64,000 nucleotides of DNA, from positions 4,948,206-5,012,205 of the forward strand of contig CM082587.2 of NCBI GenBank assembly GCA_040954595.2, read 5' to 3'. The stretch is from Balanoglossus misakiensis (Eukaryota; Animalia; Hemichordata). Position numbers and translations under genes: made by a program. The notes under the pieces were generated by a model. That model was not told the origin of the DNA, did not search any database, and worked only from the letters and a program-made list of their open reading frames with translations. Below, piece by piece: positions 24,782-36,470 of the stretch (positions are counted from its first letter, which is position 1; each line of letters opens with the position of its first letter).

Positions 24782-27002
24782 TTAACTGACAATAAGGTCA
24801 ACATTAGAGGGAACTTTCTTGCACCCACTGACAGAAAACAGTTTGAGATTAGCGGGGAAGAACTGCAGCTGGTCAGCGATTTTGTCCACGGTCGAGTCCG
24901 AGACAACATGGCCTTTCTGTGCCAAGTCTCGCCGTATACACCGCTTGACCGCATCACTTGTTAGCGGTAGGAAAGGTACAACGTGATCGATGACTGGCTC
25001 GAGTTGCTTGTAGCTGTGAAGGGCTTTCCGACTGTCGAAATCGTGGTCCTGATTTGGTTGTGCCAGATCGATTTTCCTGGCGGCAGTGTTGCGAACGAAG
25101 TCCACTATCTGGAACACCGTGAGCGTCTCCAGTGATCCGCCCTGCAGCAGGTGGTGCATTGTGTACTGGTTGATTTCTTGACCGAAGAGGTTGCTCTCCA
25201 GAATGTAAATGGCCTTCCCCGCTTCTTGTGGTGCGGCGTCCGAGAACAGCGCCACCAGTGGCGGAATCATGACGGACGGGATGGCGTCAGCTTCATCGAA
25301 TACGACCAGCCTGACTCGGCATTGGCTGAGGACTGTTGCGTTGATCACCTGCTTTATCTTAGCGATGTACTTGTCGCTTTCGTCTCCGCGAGGGAAGTCG
25401 AACGATGAGATGAACCGGTGGGCGCACTTCCCGATTCCCTGTTCCTTGAAAAGCCGCTCCGTGAGGATGTCTGCCACAAACGTTTTCCCGGTTCCGATCC
25501 AGCCGTGGAAGGACAAGACCAGTGGTTTACGGGCCGTGTCGTCAGAGACATAATCCACGATGATCTGCGGGAGAAAATCGGTCACCAGGTGCTGACCGAT
25601 CACCATGCTGTGGAAGTGGTCGCTCAGCCCGGTTGTGTTCACACTCAGAACTCTGGTTCGGCGGGCAATGGTGGCCTTCCCCTCTTGAAGAACCCTGGAT
25701 TGCAAAGTGGTATCCTGAGCTACGAACAGAGTTCCCAGAAGGAGGAGTACGATGAGAGGCAACCAACACATCAAACCTGAGCATCTTCTTCGTCTTAATA
25801 CACCACCTTCTACTGCTTCCTTCACACTTCCAGTTTTCTCCACGGCGGCGGAGCGGTCTTCAGTCACCTCTGCCCTCTTCGCTCTCTTCCGAGATGTGCT
25901 GCCGGTCAGACTACGGCCCGGAAACGACGACTTTGTGGTCACAGTGTGCACTTTGGGCGTTTGAGAAACATTGACGGATGCGCTTCTCCTGAGTGTAAAA
26001 GCTGGCTTTGTAGGCAATGTCTGGCTGCCAGTGCCAGCGGTATTGATGGAGAGACTTCGTGACAGACTAACTCCTCTAACGAAAGGCCTGTCACTCTGTG
26101 CACTTGTGACGAAAATGCCTTCACTCTTATTCAGTCTATACTCAACCTTATCGAGATTTTGCGTCAGAGATGCGCTACGATGCAGTGTACTATGCTGTAT
26201 GGGCTTCATCTCCCTTTCAAAGCTTGCTTCACTGAAAACTCTGAAAACTGTGTCACTCGTCTCTAATGTAGTGTCATATTGAAAAGAACTGTCGTGCTTT
26301 CGCAAGAAGCTTTGTTCAATGCTTTGGCGTTGACCGTAGGCAGTGTTGTAGTGCCGCTGTCCCAGGACCTTTGACTTGCGCACTGGCGTCAGTGGTACAA
26401 CAGGCGGTGGCGCCCGAACCACCGGGGACCTGCAACCCTGCTTTGCTGCCAAGTACTGGTTCTCATGACCTCTGTCAACCCAGAGGCGAGTTGGTTCACG
26501 GGGGTATCTGTTTGATAGCTGGAAGTTTGGTGCGGTGGTTTCATTCCTTGCGGGAAAGGGTTCTTCTGATCCGGGAACTGATTTACAAAGCAGAGGCTGT
26601 GAAAATACATGAATTGTACTTTACTCTTGGACTGCTTTCAGTAAAGTTTATCCCACCAAATGAATGCTGATATTTTCTTCCCTGGGTTGTGTGTATATAA
26701 TACAGACCTCACATTGCATGACAACTTTCCCAAGAGCAGATCAAGATGGCGCCTAATAAAATGACGAATGTGTCATTATACAGATCTCAAGCCAACTTGT
26801 TTTGAGGAATACCAAACTACTGTAAAGGTGTCGATTTCTCACATACGAAGACGTGCAAATGCAATAACTTCCGGGTTTGATTGAGAACAAGTTCGGCTTT
26901 GGAAAATGTACATGTACACCACTTCGTTTCGAATTTCCTTATCATTTTACTACAATATAATGGCCGACTGATGCTTACCGGATATGGCTTTCGCCTGTGC
27001 AT
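24782..27002 (-). CDS. Torsin-family AAA+ ATPase with long basic N-terminus and TM anchor (TOR4A-like); join(27002..26979,26596..24782), about 612 aa
   Basis: VIGQHLV; KPLVLSFHGWIGTGKT (Walker A, 25481-25504); VVFDEAD (Walker B); ILESN (sensor 1); VPFLPL; FSVSGCKKV (sensor 2). A TM segment (LMCWLPLIVLLLLGTLFVA) precedes the AAA domain. The frame stays open up to an AG at 26597-26598, and a 24-nt exon MHRRKPYP|gtaagc supplies an in-phase ATG (this exon is inferred). Confidence 0.9.
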
Positions 27003-28059
27003 TTCCAGCAAACAAGTAAATCTTGTACTGAAACAGCCAGCAGCCAAAGCATGAAACGCAGGTCTGTGTATGTTGATTGCAATGGGAGCAGGGGTGAGGT
27101 GAAAGGTCAAATATTGACTCCCTAACATCGTGGTAATAATTTGGTCTTTCCCTAGTCTCCAGTCAGAAAAAATACTATATTTGATATGTTTACATAGAAG
27201 AAGATGCATATCTCACTTAATTTCACATAAATTAATGTAGCAATATGTAAATTTACAAAAACAAAGTCAGGCAACGCAGATGTAAGACACCCTAAGTTTG
27301 CGTTAAATATGTGTACACTAAAAACCAGGTTGCCAGGTTTCCATTGATATGCAAAATACTGTGTGTGTACATGGTGTGAAATAGGTTGTGGTTATCCGGA
27401 AAAGCACCGGAATTTGAGCAATTTATCTTGAGATTCAGGATTTGACACAATGTGAGCAGCAAGCTGAAGTCGCCAGGATATAGTTGTGCAGTAAGTTGAC
27501 TGTTAATTCTTAGAGCGATCGTTTATATCTGTAAGTTTTGACAGACTGACACGACCCCATCCCTATCATGTCTCTATACTAGCTACAATCATTGCAGCTA
27601 GTCTCATAATGACTACGACGACGATGTTATTCTGTGTATTTATGTGGTTTCCTTACGCACAGAACCTCTTCGATTAAGTGTGATCGGAAATTGGTCACTA
27701 TTAGTGTTATTCTATAACTGTCAGAGTTTAAGTGCAGTGTAAACAGTTATATGTATTTTAAATGGAATAAATTAGTTATTAATGTACCCATAATGGCAAG
27801 ATTGAGATACTTGCTATAATGGGTGCTACATGAGCACTTTACATTGTTACATTGTTGAAGTCTTGAAAGTCAGAAATGTCGAGAATGATGTGGTGATCAA
27901 GATGTTAGTTATTACAGCTAGTTTATGTTATAGATGAACATACTACTATTATACATTCATACATACTGTACATATAGTCCAGCCTCTCTCTAAATGTTTT
28001 GTCCTAACCATTTTCCCCTTCTCACAGTACCCTCTATCCCACCACCACCCTGTGGAAAG

Positions 28060-31000
28060 ATGTCTACTCCTCCCTCACCGTTATCCCCAGCAGTGGTTGC
28101 AGTTGTCAACGGACAGATACGCAGCGTCAGCATTGGTAGTTTGTACAGTATAGCCGAAGGCAGTGAACCCATCAGTGAAAATGATGAAATACAGAGTGTA
28201 AGTAGACTTTGTATTGAACTTTGCAAGCTCTGCACGCCAGAATCTCATAACGTGTTGAAAGTGATACAGAACCACTTATCATTTATACCTGTATCATTGT
28301 AATATTAATGAAATAATTTTTCAACTTTAATTATTTTCCTTTGCCGTCCTACATTCAGGTTCTCGATCTCCAGAGCAAAGGCGACTCGGCTTTCCGGGCC
28401 AAGGACTATCTGGAAGCCATCAAGTTCTACAGCGATGCCTTGGAGATCGACGAACAGAAAGTGGAGGTACTGAGTGCACGGGCCGCCGTGTACCTGGAAG
28501 TTAGGCAGTATGAATTAGCACAGAAAGATGCAGAACACCTGGTGAAACTCAATCCGCTCATCCCCCAGGTAAAGTATGAAAGGCAGCGTGCAGTGTCAAG
28601 GATAAGGATTGGTTGTTACCAGACAGTATACAACAGTTATGCGATATGCGATCATGTACAGTACAACTTTGGAGACTAGGGAACTAGATGCATCATTGAT
28701 TGGGAATATTCATCATCACTTGACCATACGTATTGGTGGAAAAAATTCACATATAGTGACTTTGCTTTCATAGATTCCTGATGTTTTTTGTTGCTCAAAT
28801 TCAAATGACATCTGTTTGATAAGAATGACATATTTTATTTAATTGGTATGTGTCTAATTGTTGTTTTCAGGGTCATTATTTACGCGCGGTATCCCTTGAC
28901 AACCAGGGTCACTATGACAGTGCCATTACCTCATTCCTGAACGCCCTGGACCACGACGGCGAGCATGAGGAGCAGCTGGTTGACAACATAACTGTGGTAG
29001 CCGCCAACTTGTGCCACTTCCCGGAAGATGTCATCAAAGGATTGGAAGGTATGTGGGTGTCATTTGTGTGGAACCTCCCACCACCAATTTCAGTGTATGA
29101 GGGTCCAATCATTCCATCCTGACCCCAGGGTGGACTTACATTTGTATGATATCTTCCATACAGGTATAAGTGTTAAACAAATAGAGGAGTTATGTATACA
29201 TGTACACAAGGCCAGATGTATAATTTCATGAATTGCATTGCAGACATGAGCCCATTGCAGAAATTAGTGGAAGTCGGGGTCCAGCTGCAGAAGGACAACC
29301 ACCACGATCTCTGCATAGACGTCTTGACGAGGGCAATTCAGATGACGCCTGACAAAGTCAAGCACATGATCAAAGGGCTGTTCACCCTGGCAAGCTCCTA
29401 CCTCACCCTGAAGGACCTCGTCAGGGCCAAGAGCTACTTCATGCAGTGTCTGAGTCTGGCCATAAGCGAGGAGGACGTGGAGTTCGAGTCGCAGTGCTAC
29501 GTGAACTTGGCCAACGTGTACTTGCTGGAGAACGAGATCCCGCAGGCGATCGCTTACTACGAGAAGTTGCTGTCCATCGGCGACGACCTGAAGGACAAGA
29601 GCAAAGACGGGGAGTACCCGGAATACTGGTCCATAGAGTTGCGGTGCGCGCTGCACCAGAATCTGAGCGTCGCCTATAAAGAGATTCGGAACTACCCCCG
29701 CGCGCTCCATCACACGCTGGCGCATCTTGAGCTCGTGCAGAGCAGCGAGGACGTGGAAACCTTACTGCCTCTGGCCCACCACAATGCAGGCCTGTATTAT
29801 GAGATGGTTAAGGACTTCTCCTCAGCCCTGAAACACCACCAGGACTACCTCGCCCTTGCGAAGGCCAAGGGAGACAAAGTCTCCATGGCGACAGCGTACG
29901 CGTCTCTTGGACGCGTGTACCGAATCCTGTGCAACTTCAAGTTGGCTGAGTCGTACCTAGAACAGCATTTGCACATGGCTGATAAAGTCAGGGATTATGA
30001 CAGACAGGCCGGTGCCCTCTGTAGTTTGGGGGAGCTGAATCTTGCCAAAGAGGACTTCGACAAAGCGTTGTCGTACTTTGAACGTTACTTGAGAGTAAGT
30101 CGTAGGCTGGACGAGTACGAGACTGAGTGCCGAGCTTTTCTGAAAATAGGAGATGTTTTCAAGTGCCAGGGGAGATACCAGCACGCCCAGTATTACTATG
30201 AAATGGCGGCTGTTGTCTCCGAGAAACTCGACAACAACGTTGATCTCGTCAACCTGTGCCGCTGCGAGGTCGCATTCGCCCTGACCCTGTCGATTCTCAA
30301 AGAAGACATGGAGAAGGCAAGACTGGTCTTCGAGGAATTGATTCCCTTCTACACGAAGAAGATTCAGAAGTATGACGACGAAAGCATAGAGTGTCCGGAG
30401 GAGCTGAAAACAGCACTGCAGAACTGCTTTGACGGTTTACAGATTGCCCTGTGCAAACTGGATCAGCCAGACGCAGCCCTGGGCTATGCAGAGGCGTACC
30501 GACAGCAGAAGTTTGAACAGATCCTGAAACAGAAGTTGAGTACAGAGGAGGAGGGAGAGGAGGAGGTGGGGGAGACTTCCAAGACATCGAGTGAAAGTAC
30601 AGCTGTTCCGTCCCAAGAAGAATTGATCAAGATCGTCAACAGACAAAAAGCCACTGTGTTGTATTACTCCATAACCGACGCGTACCTCTTGGTGTGGGTC
30701 CTGCAGCCGGAGAAGGGCGTCGTCAAGGTGCAGGTCGAGAGAGCCATCAGAGAGAGCTGCCGGGCGAAGATCAGAGACTCCCTGGGACAGCTGCAGCAGA
30801 TGCATGAACGACAGAACGATATGGATTGCGAGAACCGCGCACTGCCGTCCCGAGACAGAACCGTCAAGCACCTGCAGCGGAAGAACCTCGCCAAGTCCAA
30901 AGAGTGGAAAACCAAAGAAATGAAGAAGGACGCGGAGAGGGAAGACAAGGTCAAGGTGGCAAAGCTGACACCCCAGAGGCAGCTCTACGAGATCATTATC

Positions 31001-31701
31001 GCTCCCGTAGAAAAAGCCCTGTCTGGTGTGTCAGAGATTTTGCTTGTCCCCGACAAGGAGATAAGCCAAGTTCCCGTGGACCTGCTGGAAGACGAGAGGA
31101 ATGTGAAAATGAACGAAAAATTCCACATCTGCTGCGTGCCGAGCGTGGCGGTTCTGGACAGCCTAACCAAAGAAACCCCACCGGAGGAAAAAGAGCAGAA
31201 GGCAAACAAATCGTACCACGAATTCTTCCCACTGTACCTGGACGACCACCTGAGGGTCGTGGTACCCCCGGACGAGAGACCCCTAAGCCCGATCCGAAGA
31301 CAGCTCCGCACCGCGCCGCAGATGGCCAGAGAGAAGAACGCCAACCCGAGCATGATCACGTTCGGAAGGACTCACTACGACCACGTACCGACTCCCAGGG
31401 AGAGACAGGACAGGGCGCAGATCATCCTGGCCAGGGAGAAAGCCAAGGTCGGAACTCTGATCACGCACTCCTCCACCAACACGGAAGTGAGCACAGGGGA
31501 AGGCACGGTGACAGAATTCCACCAGGAGAGCCAACAGCACAGGTCTCTTGTAATCGGAAACCCAACACTACCGAAAAAACTAAAACTACATGGACAGGTT
31601 GGCACATTTTGATTGCAATGTTTGTTTGTTTTCAAAGTCCACAATTTGGACAGTTTCTCTGGCGATGAGATGTGGTGAGGATGATGACAATGACGACCAC
31701 A

Positions 31702-31733
<32 letters not shown>

Positions 31734-34700
31734 AGTTTCATGAAAATTTTGTCATTTACCATAGATATGGCAACCAGCTGGGGAACTCATGGTCTCGCAG
31801 TGTGAAGCATTCAACGTAGCCGAGTACCTGGACACCAAAGCACTGATAGGATCCGAGGCCACCAAAGAAAACGTCTTGTCGAAACTCTCAGAGACAACAT
31901 TGATTCACATTGGTAAGTCTGATCTGTACTCACAGAACTGAAGTTGGTTTTATAATAGTTGATGCAAAACAGAAGTTGTCACAAACAGGAAAAGAGCTTG
32001 CATACAAACACAAATCAATTACAGATTGTTGAGCGAATTTGTACTCGTTCGTAAAATGTCCATTCTGTAGGTCATCTTCTGGAATTCATTTTAGGATGGC
32101 ATATCCTCTGAAAACCTGACTGTGTTAAAATATCTGAATGAATTCACTGAATGTTTCTCTGTAGCTACCTATGGTTCATGGGAGGACAGCGTGTTGGTGT
32201 TCAGACCCAGTCCCACCAGCCAACCAAACCAAGATGGCAGCTACAACGAAGACCAGTATCAGATCGGCATAAAGGACATCATGAATATTCAAATGAAGGC
32301 CGACTTGATTGTGCTGAGTAGTTGCTATGGCGACATACACAGGGATGTGGATTTTACATTGCCATCTGCTTTACTGGCAGCAGGTAAAGATTGTTTTTAG
32401 GTTTTTTTTCCTTGATCAATCATGAAAATGCACTGTGTGTGGTACTTGCACTTGCAGATAAACGAATCTTTTCTATTGACATCCAAAAGACCCACACAAT
32501 ATGCATTAATTTTATCCGTTTTTTCCAGGCTGTAAATGTGTAGTATTGGTTCTGTGGTCCATACCAGACATTGCCAGGGATAAATTCTGGTATCATTTCT
32601 ATAAAGTTCTCCAAGAAGGCAACTTTGTCTCGGTGGCCATCGCCAAGGCTAAACAAAATCTTGCAGAGGATGAAAGGTAGGGTCTTCTACAGAAAAAATA
32701 TATTACGAGTAATATAGTTTTGTGGAGCAAAAGATTTGAAATGTGTTATTTCAAATCTTTAAGAATATTTGACACTGGACAAATCTGCTCTGTTGAACAT
32801 ACACTCACAGATTTGTCTAATTACACACGACAGATTTACAAATCCCATGTACTGGGCTCCCTTCATGCTGGTTGGCCAGGACACCTTCATTAGCATTCGT
32901 ACCATCAAGTCGGCCATGTTGGACCAGTTGGTGGACGACGTGGAGAAGGACGTTCTCACAGCCATGCCCGTCAACGCGCTGAACGTAGTGCCGGAACCGG
33001 CTGAGGTCTCCTCGAAAGAAATCACATTACCAAAGTTGAGACAAACTCTGTCCGAGTTAGCACTGCACCATGTCGAACACCCGAAGGCAATTCCACAACT
33101 TCTCCAACTGGTGAGTCGCAGTTCATGCTCTTTTTTTCACTATGATTGTCTCAAAGAGAAATCAAGGGAACACTACATATTCTATGATAGTGAACAAAAG
33201 CTTTATAGTTTCCAAAGTGCCAAAGAATGGCATAATAAAAAAGACTTTGAAAATCTGCCATATGCCCTTCTGACCTATCTTTATTCTCTTCATGTATCAT
33301 TCAATATGTATCACTTGTTCCCCAAAGGTCAATGAGTGCATAGCTCTGCTGGAGCATTCGCAGAGGGACCTGTTGACCAGACAGGTATCCCAAGATGCTA
33401 TGCTCTCTCCGGGTGCCATGTCGTTGCTGAACCTTCTGGGCTTCCACTTCCAAGCCAAGGGAGCATACAAGACCGACCCGTACGTGGTGTTTCCACACTG
33501 GGACCATGACGAGCTGATACTGCCAGCTCAGCAGGCTTTGAATGCACTTGTAGGTCAGTGTAAACAGGTGTTTTTATAGTGCTGATATTGATAAATGTTT
33601 ACTCTTTGAAGGGAAATTAAGTTACCTGAAGTGCGGACATATAAAGTGACAAAAAATATTTACACATGTTAACTTTTCTTACATCGACCCTTCCAGATTT
33701 GACCAGCAATCCAGCTTGTTGCAGTGCGTTGGCTAGATTACTTGTTGGTCCGGAAGATGCGTTATCTGGCTTGTTAGACATAGTAAGTATGAAAGTATCC
33801 TGTCATGCCATTAGGGCTCCACTATAGCTACAAGCATTGGCTATTGTCTTGCAAATTTTTGTTCTGTGTGTATAAGCAAGGTACATGTTACCATCTGCCA
33901 AATTGACACATTCACTTACTACATTGTACATGTAGCTTGCTCTACCTCATTTTCACCCTGCAGCTATACATTGACATTGATCTTTTTTCTTCTCACCTAG
34001 GTCAGCATCACCAAGCACACATGGGAAGTTCAACTCAAGGTCACCGACACCGGGGTCAAGACGCTCTGGGGTCATCACATCAGCCGAGACTTCTTACTGT
34101 CCATTGGTTTCAAGCAAGTCGGCGTCCTATTGCTCTTCACCAACACCAGTGCCAACAGGTAATGGCTATTCAAATCTCACTTTTTTTGCCATAAATTTCA
34201 TACATGTATTTTTGAATTTTTTTCAAGTTTTAATATTCATCTGCTTTTTATTAATCAGAGAATTTTTTGTCTCCATTCACAGAAAATTATTAAGTGGTAG
34301 CCTGCACGTGTTGGCCGCAGTGCTGGGTGAGAAGGGAGAGGCCATGTTGGACAAAGTAGACATCAACTACCTTGGTGTGTCCAGCACCAGAATAAGATCT
34401 GCAAGCTCTAGCAGGAGTTCCTCGGCCGGAGTGAAACTGCCATCACTCAACCCAGTCCTGTTGTCAAGAAATAGGGTAAGTGAAAGTCGGAAATATGACA
34501 TTTTGAACGATTCACTGCCATATTGTAGTGTATGTCTGTAATTCACCACCCAATCACCAATTTCACTGTTGAATTTCCCTGGCTTGCTGTTGCATTTCAT
34601 CAATGCATTTTGCATTATTTTCTCTCTGCAGATTCACATGTCAACTCCGTGGCTATCCAAGGAAAGTGACAAAGAGGAGACCAAGGAGAAGATGAAAGTG

Positions 34701-35158
34701 GCAAGAAGGTAGGGGAATAATGAAAACATTATTATAATGACTAATAGCACACGGTACATGTTTCGTTTGTGTACGAGTCCGATGTCTTGCAAGTAACAAC
34801 GCTCACTGTCTTGTCTTTCAGTTTGAACGACCTGCAGTCGGAGTATCGCTACTACATGATGAAGGCCCACGACTGGCACAACTACTCGCTGAAGCCCCAA
34901 GCCGCGAAGGCCATCGAGGCCATCGGGCAGCCCAAGCCCAAACCCAAAGTCGTCAAAGTCAAGGCCGGGTGCAGCGCGTCCATGGATCGCGTGCCCGTGC
35001 AGCATGATCCGGTTCTGTCGTTGGCCGGCATCGAGCAGAGGAGGGATTACAGCCACTTCCTGTTGCACAGCAGATCGGAGAACGTGATGGCCAGGCACAG
35101 GGAGGCCGTTAGGAAAGTGTTCTTACCCTATGTGCGAAAGCTTACCTCTGCAGAGTGA
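28060..35158 (+). CDS. TTC28-like protein (TPR array plus CHAT caspase-like domain), multi-exon
   Basis: N-terminal TPRs (KGDSAFRAKDYLEAIKFYSDALE); a TPR array in the large exon about 29244-31597; CHAT-type motifs LYYSI...LLVWVLQP, RQLYEIIIAPVE, ILLVPD, SLVIGNP, ATKENV, LIVLSSC and NPMYWAPFMLVG; C-terminal LLNLLGFHFQ and FLLSIGFKQ segments. A likely non-coding first exon ends near 27489. Confidence 0.85.
31680..31733 (+). repeat. (GAT)n microsatellite in a TTC28-like intron
   Basis: About 10 perfect GAT units preceded by degenerate GAC/AAT units. Confidence 0.9.
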
Positions 35159-36470
35159 TGAGTTTACTTATACTATGTGAGGAAACTTACCCCTGCAGAC
35201 TTCAGTACACTTTTGTTGCAGAGCAGTGTGTAATTTCCCACCAGGGAGTGACTGAGAAATATTCACACGGCCAAAATCTATCAAGTCAACATTTGCCACA
35301 ACAAACGTCTTCCAGAATGTCAAGCGATATTCAAAATGAGCCTGTTTTTCCAAGAGTACTATCTGAATAGGCCAAGATACTATTACTTCAAGAAAATTAA
35401 TCATGAATTGAAATTCGTGTTGTTTTATTACATTACAACGATGTAGCTCCCACACCTTTAATCCGTCCGTTTTCTTTCATTTCAGTTTTTCGTTGTAAAT
35501 TCAAAGGGGAAAACTATGCAATGCATAAACTTGGCGTGTTTTTCCACTTTGTAAATACTGAAATCGTAAAGATTATGAAGTCGAATGATTTACTTGTGGC
35601 CAAAGACTTGTATCATGTGCCAGAAGGTGAAGAATATTACTGAAACGTTATTTACTAATTGTGATTAAATTTGGCCAATAATGTATTTACAAGTCAAAAG
35701 TATATTTAAACTTAACTATGCACTTGACAGCTGCTGACAGCTATTGTATAAAATTGTATAGAAAATGAAAAAAAAATGTATATTCTTTAACTTTTTATAT
35801 ATGTAGATTTTTATGTAGATTTGACTCCATCTGTAATATGTCAACCAAAATTACTTACTACTTTTGTGCATTTTTCTATTTACAAAATTGGAATCAAATA
35901 TTTACTGAACTGGGGTAATCATTACTTGTAGTGTTTTCATTGAAGTATTCTCACCTAAATATTGCTGCTTGAGACTCTATGCACCTTGAGATTTTGATTA
36001 GAAATAAATAAATCCTATATCGTCATGTCTTCTGTACTACATTGCCAATGATGTATGTGTATGGGTCAGTTTGTTGTGTAGCTAAAACTGAACACTGACA
36101 AGTACTGTTTAACGGTCATAGTCTTCGGAAAATACACTCAGCTAGGCCTACGACAGCACCCCCCCTCCCCTCCCACCATAGTTCAACTGTAGAGTTTACA
36201 GGTATGGGTGGTCACTTTACCTGCTCACTCACTTATCTATGTTCAACACGCAGCTTTAGTTACACGTTTTGCACTCAGTATGTAATTCCACGAAAAATAA
36301 AACCGCGGCCCAAAAACAAGCACATAACGCCTATATTGTATCACACTTATACGATACTTAAAAAGACCAATCCTAACATCCACTATTAAAAGAACTGACA
36401 ATACATGTACTTAGGCAACAAGCCTTACTTAATTACCTCATTCCAAATCAAACCAGGTGAGATGTATATC

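Noticed and set aside
30826-31668. 280-aa alternative-frame ORF inside the large TTC28-like exon
   Set aside because: Arg/Gly/Pro-rich composition is typical of an off-frame reading of a GC3-rich exon, and there is no independent support.
31590-31805. ORF with a poly-Asp tract
   Set aside because: It is the translation of the intronic (GAT)n microsatellite.
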